A DNA stretch of 44,392 bases from positions 1-44,392 of IMG/VR virus record IMGVR_UViG_3300025844_000379. The stretch is one strand, 5' to 3'. Positions within the stretch are counted from its first letter, which is position 1; every line of letters begins with the position of its first letter. This document shows, piece after piece, positions 19,312 through 28,449 of the stretch. The notes beneath the pieces were generated by a model that did not search any database, was not told the origin of the DNA, and saw nothing but the letters and a program-made list of their open reading frames with translations. The stretch is from a virus. Taxonomy: Duplodnaviria; Caudoviricetes. The translations under genes and the position numbers were made by a program.

Positions 19312-19515
19312 TCATATTGCCATACCCAATATTATTCCTAATAGCAAACTAATTCCAGCAGCAACATATATCCATAGCCATGCGGGGCCCATTGCTACCA
19401 GGCCTTTGGTAATTTGAAAACCAATATAAGTTTCCATTGAAGAAAATTCCTGGTTAGTTGGCTGTACCCACCTGGATTCTTCTGTGCTTTTTGAGCCTCT
19501 TACAATACGTCCCAT
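19312..19515 (-). CDS. Small C-terminally anchored membrane protein
   Basis: ATG 19515 follows the upstream stop; C-terminal TM helix. Confidence 0.55.
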   Translation of the reverse strand: MGRIVRGSKSTEESRWVQPTNQEFSSMETYIGFQITKGLVAMGPAWLWIYVAAGISLLLGIILGMAI

Positions 19516-19519
19516 GGTC

Positions 19520-19642
19520 TTATTCCTTGCCGGCGCGCTTGCTGCGATCAAAGTAATCCAGGATCACTGTTCTTGTCCCAATGGGCATGATTGCGAGAGC
19601 GATAGTAGCGACCAATCCACCAAGGACGAATGATAAAAACAT
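19520..19642 (-). CDS. 40-aa membrane peptide (MFLSFVLGGLVATIALAIMP...)
   Basis: AGGAG RBS; TTGACA promoter near 19697-19702. Confidence 0.65.
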   Translation of the reverse strand: MFLSFVLGGLVATIALAIMPIGTRTVILDYFDRSKRAGKE

Positions 19643-19711
19643 GTTAAAAACTCCTATATAAAAACATTAATGCGATACTAACAGGTATAAAATGTTTGTC
19701 AAGAGTAGAAA

Positions 19712-20050
19712 TGGTAATTGATTCTGTTTCGAGGCTCAATTACCAAAGCCCAAAGAGAATTAGGCGGCCTTTCTGTTGCTAGGCGGCCAACCCCACTAAA
19801 TAACGAAAATTACTTAGGATCAATTTCCCTGTTAGGGACCGCTTACGCGGCCATTCTTAGGGGTTCTCTATTGTCATTTGCGACTATAAAGGTTGCACGA
19901 TGCGGCGTAGCTAACCGGTCCCCAATTACTCTTTAATTCCTCACGTCGAAACATACTCAACCCCATAGGGTAATCACAAAAAGCTTTGTGGAGCTGCCGC
20001 CGGCGAAGGCGGGTCCGCAAGGCCTATTCCAATAACTGTTTGGAGTAGGA
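19712..20050 (-). ncRNA. ssrA: Circularly permuted (two-piece) tmRNA of alphaproteobacterial type
   Basis: Acceptor piece ...GAC-CCGCC-TTCGCC-GGCGG-CAGCTCC-A ends at 19989; 24-nt spacer; coding piece starts GGGGTTG at 19964 (G3:U70 pair); tag ANDNREPLRMAA* at 19881-19843; outer ends approximate. Confidence 0.92.
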
Positions 20051-20056
20051 CAATTA

Positions 20057-20087
20057 TATTTATATATGAATATTGCTGGTATGTCAA
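20057..20087 (-). promoter_or_regulatory. tmRNA promoter (sigma70-like, overlapping a TATAAATA motif)
   Basis: TTGACA-17 nt-TATAAATA. Confidence 0.7.
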
Positions 20088-20125
20088 GAACAATTTAAAA
20101 TAATTTTATCAAGGGAGTAATTGAA

Positions 20126-20275
20126 ATGAGCTATTTTTCTGAAGGAAAAAATTGTAAAAATTGTGATGTAATTTTTTATAAAGGCATTGGTGATAGTTGT
20201 TCAAGGCAATGCCATAATCTAATTATTAATAAAAATAGAGATTATACCTCTCAAGAGTATAGAAAAAACCAGTAG
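20126..20275 (+). pseudogene. Short Zn-finger ORF, probably a homing endonuclease remnant
   Basis: CKNC...CSRQC followed by an early stop; GGGAG RBS. Confidence 0.4.
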
Positions 20276-20671
20276 CTTATCCAACTATATATGGTGTAAT
20301 TGATCAACGTGAACTTAAGGTAGTTCACAAACAAGGTACTACAGAATACGAAGAGATTTAATTAAGTACAAAGGCCGAATTACTTGCCCGAGTTTTCCAA
20401 ATAATATAAACGATGTCAACATAAATTTTAGAAAAGATCTATTCATCCTATAACCGAATATATAAATTTCAATATTCCAAGTCAGTATGAATTAGATCCA
20501 ATCTGTTTGTAATATAACCAAACAGTAACCCAATAATACACAAAGAGGCAAACTACTCCTCAATTGATATTAGAGTACCTGTTCCCATTCGTCATTACCA
20601 AAATGATAGACCAGACTTAACTGGTTGCAGGTTCAACATTCCTAGCTATCGTTTTGAGTTCTTTAGTATTT

Positions 20672-20803
20672 TTATTTAGTTCTAGTGTCAACACCTTCTG
20701 AACCGGGGTTGAATGGGTGTGCATCGATCCAACCTTGTTGATCGGCATAATAAAATCCAAAACCAAGAACTGCTATTACTGCTATTATTAATACAAATTT
20801 CAT
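20672..20803 (-). CDS. 43-aa signal-anchor peptide (MKFVLIIAVIAVLGFGFYYADQQGW...)
   Basis: AAGGAG RBS; TM helix. Confidence 0.65.
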   Translation of the reverse strand: MKFVLIIAVIAVLGFGFYYADQQGWIDAHPFNPGSEGVDTRTK

Positions 20804-20825
20804 TTTATTCTCCTTGTCGGGTTAC

Positions 20826-20849
20826 ATTATTGGGCATATACCCAATAAT
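20826..20849. other. Inverted repeat (hairpin)
   Basis: ATTATTGGG-CATATA-CCCAATAAT. Confidence 0.5.
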
Positions 20850-20864
20850 ATTTATCAAATAAAA

Positions 20865-21074
20865 CTATTCAGTTTTATTTGTATTTTTAAATTCAGATAT
20901 TTCTTTATCTATAAACCATGCCCAAAATATGTAAATTAATAACCAGAATGTATTACTAGCAACCATAACAATAAGTAAAAATCTAAAGAAATTCGTCCAT
21001 TCAAGTATACCAGCTTTATGGCAAGTATACCACACCAAACCAAGCCAAGTTGGTTTATCATTTTCAAACATCAA
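20865..21074 (-). CDS. Small membrane protein
   Basis: Hydrophobic; overlaps the upstream stop. Confidence 0.6.
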   Translation of the reverse strand: MMFENDKPTWLGLVWYTCHKAGILEWTNFFRFLLIVMVASNTFWLLIYIFWAWFIDKEISEFKNTNKTE

Positions 21075-21678
21075 ACAATTCTCTCTTTATGATCTGTACT
21101 GTTTCTGGGCGGAGTAAGCTTTCACTATGACTACAATTTAATTCTGCTGATCCCACATTGTCATAATGCTTTTGGCTTTTAACTGAAACAACCATGTCAC
21201 TATCTTCTGCAGAAAATACCTTACCCATATTTGTCACAATAGTAAATATTTTATTTTGGTCAAAATCGCTCTTGTGCAACTCCCTAAATACAGGGCTATC
21301 AGCACTGATTTGGTTGGTAAATTTTAAAAAGCGAGCAACTTCGTCTGGCATAAAACCGACCATGAGTGGCATAAAATAACTGTTAACTCGAACTGCTTGC
21401 AGATTAACACCGCCCAGGGGGCTTCCGATTGTAACCATTTTTTCAACAGGTATTTCAGACTGCAACAAACATAATCCTATAACGCCGCCCAAACTATGAG
21501 CAACGATTTTGACGGGTTTGTCTAGACTTTTAACTTCTGTTTTAACTCTACCTACAGTAGTTTCCAAATCTTCAAGAGCATTGTATTCTATATTATGAAA
21601 ATCATGTTTGGGCAGTTTTTCTTTAATGTAGTTAAATGCTGCACTGGTCATATGTGCGCCGTGAATGTAAACGATCAT
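21064..21678 (-). CDS. Alpha/beta hydrolase
   Basis: YIHG, AHSLGG nucleophile elbow, DMVV, SH. Confidence 0.85.
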   Translation of the reverse strand: MIVYIHGAHMTSAAFNYIKEKLPKHDFHNIEYNALEDLETTVGRVKTEVKSLDKPVKIVAHSLGGVIGLCLLQSEIPVEKMVTIGSPLGGVNLQAVRVNSYFMPLMVGFMPDEVARFLKFTNQISADSPVFRELHKSDFDQNKIFTIVTNMGKVFSAEDSDMVVSVKSQKHYDNVGSAELNCSHSESLLRPETVQIIKRELFDV

Positions 21679-21736
21679 TGCTTTTATCCTTACTATGGTA
21701 TGTTATCAATAAATTATAAAAGATCTTTACTATTTT

Positions 21737-22597
21737 TTAAAAAATAAACAAATTATAATTATTTAATCTTTCTTCAGCAAATTTAACATAAGTTTCTTCC
21801 TTGTCAATACCCAAAAATCGCCTATCTGTCAATAAAGCAGCCACTCCTGTGGTTCCACTGCCCATAAATGGGTCCAATACTATTCCCTTGGGAGGTGTAT
21901 ATACTTTTATTAACCAACTCATTAAATCAATGGGCTTTGGAGTTGGATGGGGATTTCCTGCTCGTTCTTTAGCGGATACTCTAGGAGCATAAAAATACTT
22001 TTGATGTTCTGGATTATCAAACAATCCCACAATGTTGCTTGGGTACCTTCCATTTGGATTAGCATCTGTAGTACCTTCATCTTCTCTATTACCTTTAGTA
22101 TTACCACCTTGGGCAAATGTTCGTCTTTTATGTCCATTTTTAACCCATCCTGTTGGGGGTTCCTTGTCCCATGGGATTCTACTATCTTCAATATTAATAA
22201 TACCTGTTCCCCATTTATTTTGGTTGGCTTTAATACTTTTTTCACTTATCGGTTTTTGTGCTACTACTATGGGTTCATGAGCAGGTTTTAGTCTATTTGC
22301 TTTTGCCATTTTTGTAGTAATCATCCATATAACTTGATCTTTTATTATAAATCCGCCTTCTTCTACTTTAGTAGCCATTCTATGATATAATTCGGGACTG
22401 CAAAAACTTAAACAAAACGCGCCTGGCTTAAGCACCCTGTAGACGCCCTGCCACAATTCCTTTGTGGGTACATCTTTATCCCAATCCTTCATATTCATAC
22501 CATAAGGAGGATCTGTTATGCATCCATCAATACTATTTTCTGGTTGGTTAATTAAAAATTCAATATTATCACCTATATGCAAATCAAAAGAAACCAT
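21737..22597 (-). CDS. Beta-class amino (N6-adenine/N4-cytosine) DNA methyltransferase
   Basis: TDPPY, HPTPKP, LDPFMGSGTTG; AGGAG RBS before ATG 22597. Confidence 0.93.
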   Translation of the reverse strand: MVSFDLHIGDNIEFLINQPENSIDGCITDPPYGMNMKDWDKDVPTKELWQGVYRVLKPGAFCLSFCSPELYHRMATKVEEGGFIIKDQVIWMITTKMAKANRLKPAHEPIVVAQKPISEKSIKANQNKWGTGIINIEDSRIPWDKEPPTGWVKNGHKRRTFAQGGNTKGNREDEGTTDANPNGRYPSNIVGLFDNPEHQKYFYAPRVSAKERAGNPHPTPKPIDLMSWLIKVYTPPKGIVLDPFMGSGTTGVAALLTDRRFLGIDKEETYVKFAEERLNNYNLFIF

Positions 22598-22658
22598 AAA
22601 TACTCCTATACAACACATTTTAAATAGATTATAACATGTTTTTTTCGGAATAACAATA

Positions 22659-23765
22659 ATGAGATATATAGAAATTAATGAGGGTGGTGCTTCTGGTAAT
22701 AAAAGATATAATTCAGAGATTGGATTCGTATATGGATATACCCAAACTCCAATACATAGTAATGAAATTTCCAAATGGGCCATTCCCGACTCAATAGAAA
22801 ATACTAAAAAATTTAAAATAGATTTAGAAAAATTTTTACAAAAAAATTTAGATCAAGCAATGTTTGATAAATGGGTTAATTTGGGGAGTATTTATTATCA
22901 AAAAATTAACAAAAAATTAAAAACATTAGATTATCCAGATGTTACTCAAATTTCTTGGAGTGGTGGGGATAATTCTGGAGATAGCGGTGTTGATATAGGA
23001 TTTTCTAATCATCCAATAGCAGGAGTAAGCATCAAAGAAGACGGAGGAATAACCCTTGCTAATTTATCAGAAACATCACTTGGGTTAGACAAAGACCGAG
23101 GATTTGATATATTTTATAAATACGCCCAAACAGAATGGCAAGAATGGAAAACAAAGGCCGCTCTATTGGTATTAGAGAAAGCAAAAAAACAACCAAACGT
23201 TAAATTTTCTCCCATAAAAGACAAGTATAATATCACATATTCAGCAGACGAAAATAAATTTGTTTTTAGTATTGACAATACTGTGTATAAAAAAACAGAA
23301 AAAGAAATAATAAATGAACTAGATAAAAATAGAGATTATCAAAGAGTATTTGGGGATTTTCTACAAAAAAATAAAAAATTATTTTCTAATGAAACTAAAA
23401 ATCTTTATAAAAAAATAGGAAATACATTTGAAAAAATAATAGAAAGTTATTTAAATTCTAATATTAATAATTTGGCCAAATTATTACGTTTTATAGATAA
23501 ACCGTATTTTTACGCCACACCAAATGAAATTTATTTTGTACCAAGTATTTCACAAGTAAATGATTTAAAATTAAAAAAATTATTTTATGACATTAATGAC
23601 AATACCGCCTTTAAATTTTCTGCAGGAATAGGAAGAAGAGATAGCGACAAATTATGTCTCATCGACGTATATATACGATATGCTAATGGAATTTTCGCTA
23701 CTAATCCAACAGTACGAATACAAAATATTAAAAATCCGGAAAATATTTTATGGGATAAAATTTAA
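22659..23765 (+). CDS. Putative PD-(D/E)XK type II restriction-like endonuclease
   Basis: WSGGD...GVDI...GVSIKE motif; divergent from the methyltransferase. Confidence 0.6.
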   Translation: MRYIEINEGGASGNKRYNSEIGFVYGYTQTPIHSNEISKWAIPDSIENTKKFKIDLEKFLQKNLDQAMFDKWVNLGSIYYQKINKKLKTLDYPDVTQISWSGGDNSGDSGVDIGFSNHPIAGVSIKEDGGITLANLSETSLGLDKDRGFDIFYKYAQTEWQEWKTKAALLVLEKAKKQPNVKFSPIKDKYNITYSADENKFVFSIDNTVYKKTEKEIINELDKNRDYQRVFGDFLQKNKKLFSNETKNLYKKIGNTFEKIIESYLNSNINNLAKLLRFIDKPYFYATPNEIYFVPSISQVNDLKLKKLFYDINDNTAFKFSAGIGRRDSDKLCLIDVYIRYANGIFATNPTVRIQNIKNPENILWDKI

Positions 23766-23769
23766 TTAG

Positions 23770-25077
23770 TTAAAATATCGTTTTTCTACGCCAAGTTATT
23801 CCTGCAGGAGTATCGTTAATTTCCAAATCCATTGAAGTTAATTCACTTCGTATCAAATCGCCAGTTTCAAAGTCTTTATTCTCTTTGGCAATTCTTCTTT
23901 TTTTCAACAGTTCTTCAATATTTTTATCATTAAATTCAACGGGCTGCATTTTGAATCCCAACAAACGTAACGCAGACTTTAATGCGCTATATTCACCATT
24001 CTCATATAATTCATGCATTCTAGTAATAGCTGCTGGTGTGTTTAAATCATTATATAAATTGGTTAAAATTTGTTCATCAATTCCAGAGGCAAATCCAACA
24101 TCCTTAATTTTTTCATAGAATTTGGTTAGAATTCGTCTTGCAGCCGTCAAATTTTCATCAGAAAAATTAAGCAAACTTCTGTAATGAGTTGAAAGAAAGA
24201 CGAAGCGCAATGCATCGCCAGAAATATTCATATTTCTAAATGTTTCAGCGGTAACAATATTACCCAAGCTCTTACTCATTTTATAATTATTAAAATTAAG
24301 TATCCCGGAATGTATCCAATAATTTGCCATTCGCTCGGTTGAGTGAGCTGCGCAACTTTGTGAAATTTCATTATCATGGTGGGGGAACATTAAGTCGCTG
24401 CCGCCACCATGTATATCAAATGTTTCACCCAAATATCGTTTTGCCATGGCCGAGCATTCAATATGCCAACCAGGTCTTCCCCATCCCCAAGGACTATGCC
24501 ACCCCATTTCTGTTGAAGGAACAGGTTTCCATAATACAAAGTCTGAAGGACCGCGTTTGAGTTTATTTTCGCCTATTCTACTTTCGGTTTCATCATCCCA
24601 AACTTGTCTATTAGATAATGCACCATGTGTTTGAAATAATGATATTTCAAAAAATACATTACCATCAACAATGTATGCATAATTATAATTTACTAATTTG
24701 GTGATAAGTTCTATCATTTCCGCAATGTTGTCTGTGGCATATGGTGAGTGAATAGGTGCCAAGTTGCCCAACCATTGTGTGTCGGTAATATAAGCTGCTG
24801 TGGCTCTTGCAACAATGGTTTGTGGTGGCTCGCCCGTATTTTTACTTTTCTTGAGTATTTTATCATCAACATCAGTATAATTTCTAACATAAGTTACACG
24901 ACCATATTTTGTTCGCAATACTCTGAATAGCAAATCACCAGTAACACTAGTTCGCAAATTACCAATATGTGCTCTGTCATATACCGTGGGGCCACAAAAA
25001 TACATACCAATATTATTTTTATCTATTGGTGTAAAATTATCTACAGTTTTGGTTAATGTATTATATAAACGTATCAT
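23770..25077 (-). CDS. cysS: Cysteine-tRNA ligase
   Basis: CGPTVY, HIGN, DFVLWK, GRPGWHIECSAM, FPHH, KMSKSLGN. Confidence 0.97.
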   Translation of the reverse strand: MIRLYNTLTKTVDNFTPIDKNNIGMYFCGPTVYDRAHIGNLRTSVTGDLLFRVLRTKYGRVTYVRNYTDVDDKILKKSKNTGEPPQTIVARATAAYITDTQWLGNLAPIHSPYATDNIAEMIELITKLVNYNYAYIVDGNVFFEISLFQTHGALSNRQVWDDETESRIGENKLKRGPSDFVLWKPVPSTEMGWHSPWGWGRPGWHIECSAMAKRYLGETFDIHGGGSDLMFPHHDNEISQSCAAHSTERMANYWIHSGILNFNNYKMSKSLGNIVTAETFRNMNISGDALRFVFLSTHYRSLLNFSDENLTAARRILTKFYEKIKDVGFASGIDEQILTNLYNDLNTPAAITRMHELYENGEYSALKSALRLLGFKMQPVEFNDKNIEELLKKRRIAKENKDFETGDLIRSELTSMDLEINDTPAGITWRRKTIF

Positions 25078-25814
25078 ATCACTCTCTGGTTAAAATTATA
25101 TACACACCTATCAAGACCAATTGCTACTTCCAAAACTAATAAATCTTTTTCAACTAAGCCTTTTTTGGTTTGAAATTTAGCTTTTGCGGGAAAATCTTTT
25201 CTCTTACTGATAGAGCAAACCTCCATCCATTTATCTCCGTTATCAACTTCAATATCCATAGTAATAAGACTGTAATCTGGTAGTCTGTCTGATGGAATTA
25301 TTCTTGTTGGTAACCCAATTGTTTCTGCAATCATGCGTCTTACTGGTTCCAAAATATTTGAATGATAATCATTTTCTGTTTCAGTAGTATAAATGCACTG
25401 AAATTCCTGTTGGTAAAATTCTTTCAATCGCATATGTTTGGAAGGTTGTTCTTGCTCACGTCTAAAACTCTTACCAGATTGCCATACCACAAACGGCGGT
25501 TTAACACCAGAATGGCTGTTCAACAAATGTTCTGCATACACATATGAACTTGGTGTTGTTTCTGGCCTAAGAGTAAGCGGAGTTTCTGTTTCTAAAACCG
25601 CTTGTTGCCAAACATCCAAATTGGTATAATTTTGATTAATTTTTGCATTAGGAGTAAGTAATGGAGCTTCAATTTCATAAAATTGCCAAGCCGGGTTCAT
25701 TTCAAACAAAGCGTTTTTAACAGATAATTTATAATAATCAATAAAAAATCGCCTAAGTAATATACTGCGTTCGTCCCAAAACATTAATCCATTAACATCA
25801 AAAAGTGGTAACAT
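25074..25814 (-). CDS. Class II aaRS catalytic domain, GlyRS (alpha2 type)-like, without an anticodon-binding domain
   Basis: LRPET, GKSFRRE, RLKEFYQQE, EVCSIS, EVAIGLDR, then a stop 9 residues later. Confidence 0.8.
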   Translation of the reverse strand: MLPLFDVNGLMFWDERSILLRRFFIDYYKLSVKNALFEMNPAWQFYEIEAPLLTPNAKINQNYTNLDVWQQAVLETETPLTLRPETTPSSYVYAEHLLNSHSGVKPPFVVWQSGKSFRREQEQPSKHMRLKEFYQQEFQCIYTTETENDYHSNILEPVRRMIAETIGLPTRIIPSDRLPDYSLITMDIEVDNGDKWMEVCSISKRKDFPAKAKFQTKKGLVEKDLLVLEVAIGLDRCVYNFNQRVI

Positions 25815-25817
25815 GAT

Positions 25818-26090
25818 TTATTCCTTGACTTTTAATTGGTTGTGATCAGTAGTAATGCGTATTCCGCCATATACCTTAAATTTACATTCTTCAAATGTTT
25901 CACCAGAATCCAAACATAATTTCATTAGTTCTATTCTATGTTGCCTATTACCATCTGCATTAAATGCAACCAAAAACATTAAACTCACAATAGGTACAAG
26001 TACCATTGTGGCAAGCACAATTGCCAACCCCAAATTATTAGTTCCAGATAACAGATGTGTATCTATAAATTCTTTGAATTTATCTTTCAT
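25818..26090 (-). CDS. Small membrane protein
   Basis: One TM helix; promoter upstream. Confidence 0.6.
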   Translation of the reverse strand: MKDKFKEFIDTHLLSGTNNLGLAIVLATMVLVPIVSLMFLVAFNADGNRQHRIELMKLCLDSGETFEECKFKVYGGIRITTDHNQLKVKE

Positions 26091-26176
26091 TGTGGCTATC
26101 CTGCATTTCCAATATGGCTAAGCCTAGCATATATTATATGCCGGGCTCAGTCAACTGTTTTTAAGTTAATAATGTA

Positions 26177-26860
26177 TTATTCTCTGTTGCCCAATAAATT
26201 TAATAGAAACATGAACAAATTAATAAAGTTCAAATACAAGCTCAAAGCACCCATAATTGAAAGTTTTTCAGTAGTATTGCCGGTTAAATACAATTGTTGT
26301 AGATTTTGCGTATCATACGCGGTTAAGCCAGCAAAAATCAACACACCAATAATGTTTACCGCAAAAGCTAGTGCAGAACTTGCTATAAAAATATTAGCTA
26401 TCATTGCTACTAATAGCCCAATTAAACCCATTAATAGGAAAGTACCCATTGCACTAAGATTACGCTTTGTGGTAATACCATAAATGCTTAATCCAGCAAA
26501 TGCACTTACTGTAATTAGAAAAGTAGTAGCAATACTAATACCAGTAAAAGTTAAAAATATGGTTGATAAACTAATACCCATTAAAGCACTGTATGCAAAA
26601 AACATTAATCGCAGTGTATTAGCACTAAACTTTTCCATACCAAAGCTCATAACTAATACCATAACTAGCGGAGCAAACATGAATACAAATGCTTGTGGTC
26701 CGCCCAAAAATAATGCAGTAAGAGCAGGTACCGCACTTACTCCATAAGCAGTTAATGCGGTAATACCAAGACCGGATGCCATGAAGGAATATATTCCTGT
26801 CATGTATTCACGAAGGCCTTGATCTATTTGTGATGATGTTGTAGAAGCAGTATATTGCAT
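26177..26860 (-). CDS. Bax inhibitor-1/YccA family membrane protein
   Basis: Seven TM segments, AYDTQ, GALSLYLNFINLF. Confidence 0.92.
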   Translation of the reverse strand: MQYTASTTSSQIDQGLREYMTGIYSFMASGLGITALTAYGVSAVPALTALFLGGPQAFVFMFAPLVMVLVMSFGMEKFSANTLRLMFFAYSALMGISLSTIFLTFTGISIATTFLITVSAFAGLSIYGITTKRNLSAMGTFLLMGLIGLLVAMIANIFIASSALAFAVNIIGVLIFAGLTAYDTQNLQQLYLTGNTTEKLSIMGALSLYLNFINLFMFLLNLLGNRE

Positions 26861-26931
26861 TTTTTCTCCTTATCTAAAAAGACTTATGTATAAATATATA
26901 ACATCCGTTGCCCAAATACAAGAGTATTAAT

Positions 26932-27840
26932 ATGAAATTATATGAATTATTAAACGTACCTCAAGAGCAAAAAAATAAAATAAAGTATTTTGAAGAAAAT
27001 ATTGTATCCGAAAAAAATGATTTTTTGTCAGAATGGTTCAAGGGCTTCAATCTTTATGAAAAATTTGAAGACCCAATTATAGAAAATATAATACAACCAT
27101 ATAAAATTTATCATGATTCTAAAAAATATATGTGTATATTACATTTTGTTATTAATACGAAAGGACCAACCCTAACATTAGAATCGCCAACAAAACCCAT
27201 TGATTACAAATTAAAAGAAGAATCCAGATATTCACATTTATTTTTTAATAATAAACAGGAAATTAAAGATTTAATTTTACAGTTAAAGTTAACTTTATCA
27301 CATAACTACATAATAGATATTAATGTTAACACTGATCAACTCAATGAAAATATTAAATCAGAAAAAAATGAATTTTTATATGTTGATAATCCCGGAGGAG
27401 AATGGTTAGAATATCAACGTGAAAGAGCAGCTAAATCGCGATTTGGTGGCGGCACCTTAACCGCAAATATAGGCATAAGTAAAAAAGTTGATATTAAAGT
27501 AAAATACATTTCTGGACTAAATGGAGTCAATGGTGAGGAAGCATTTAGGTCCGGTGGAATAAAATATTGGGATTTGAAAAAAAGTATAGAAGAAAACGGT
27601 TGGCAACCCGATCCCATAATGATTTGGGTTGATTATTTGGGTATAGCCAAAGTAGCTGAGGGTAATCACAGAATTTTTATGGCCAATAAATTGGGTGTTG
27701 AATGGATACCAGGAGACATAAGATATTTTGCGGGCGGAGAAGAGCAGCCAGGAAAATTCTACCCGCCTGCTCTTTTTAGATTAAATGTTATTAGACCAAG
27801 AGCTCCCGTTCCCCAGCCTGTTATACAATTTGAACAGTAG
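26932..27840 (+). CDS. Probable virion protein with a C-terminal ParB-like domain
   Basis: MKLYELL leader; LKKSIEENGW.PDPI...EGNHRI; TATAAATA upstream. Confidence 0.6.
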   Translation: MKLYELLNVPQEQKNKIKYFEENIVSEKNDFLSEWFKGFNLYEKFEDPIIENIIQPYKIYHDSKKYMCILHFVINTKGPTLTLESPTKPIDYKLKEESRYSHLFFNNKQEIKDLILQLKLTLSHNYIIDINVNTDQLNENIKSEKNEFLYVDNPGGEWLEYQRERAAKSRFGGGTLTANIGISKKVDIKVKYISGLNGVNGEEAFRSGGIKYWDLKKSIEENGWQPDPIMIWVDYLGIAKVAEGNHRIFMANKLGVEWIPGDIRYFAGGEEQPGKFYPPALFRLNVIRPRAPVPQPVIQFEQ

Positions 27841-28414
27841 GAAGACGCTTTTCAACCACTTCGTCAATCTGTTCCTTAATGCCCTTTACACAGTTGCGAA
27901 CAACGGTAACATTCCAGCCACGTTCAACAAAGCCCCTAGCGGCCTGCTCAACACAAACATCGGAACAAACACCAACAAGTTCAACGTCGGTAACACCGTC
28001 TGTTACCTTAATCGCATTAAGAAGGTTATCTCGCATAAAAACCAAATTCATATAGCCATGCATGTCTCTGACCTTCAGATCATCTTCATGCCACATATCA
28101 AATACACCCTTTTGGAGAGTATACATTCTAATTTTCGGTGACAAATATTCAAGTGGGTTAACGGCCAATTCCCAGCCATCGGAACCATAGATGCAATGCG
28201 GCGGGAACATTTTACCTTCTTCTGAATTATCATATGCAGGCTGAGTATGTGTATCATATGTGAACAATACCCCCGCTACTTCATCGGGATCTAATCCAGC
28301 CAAATAAGCGTTGATATTTTCAATTACTGCATCAGCGCCGGGCACAGTCAAAAGACCATCGGGCTGCATAAAATCGTTTTGAGCATCTACCACTACTACA
28401 AGTTTCTTAGTCAT
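27821..28414 (-). CDS. pncA: Nicotinamidase
   Basis: VDAQNDF, DTH, PPHC..GSDGW, KG, GVCSDVCV. Confidence 0.92.
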   Translation of the reverse strand: MTKKLVVVVDAQNDFMQPDGLLTVPGADAVIENINAYLAGLDPDEVAGVLFTYDTHTQPAYDNSEEGKMFPPHCIYGSDGWELAVNPLEYLSPKIRMYTLQKGVFDMWHEDDLKVRDMHGYMNLVFMRDNLLNAIKVTDGVTDVELVGVCSDVCVEQAARGFVERGWNVTVVRNCVKGIKEQIDEVVEKRLPTVQIV

Positions 28415-28449
28415 TTCTTTCTCCTTTCAATATCCACAAAAGTGTGACA

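Noticed and set aside
19718-19936. 72-aa plus-strand ORF
   Set aside because: Antisense shadow of the tmRNA
19960-20020. Stand-alone tRNA gene
   Set aside because: No anticodon arm; it is the permuted tRNA-like domain of the tmRNA
20276-20670. Coding or RNA gene in this intergenic stretch
   Set aside because: Only short broken frames and no convincing structure; probably decayed sequence
22598-22783. N-terminal extension of the methyltransferase
   Set aside because: Overlaps the divergent gene; the RBS and domain start support ATG 22597
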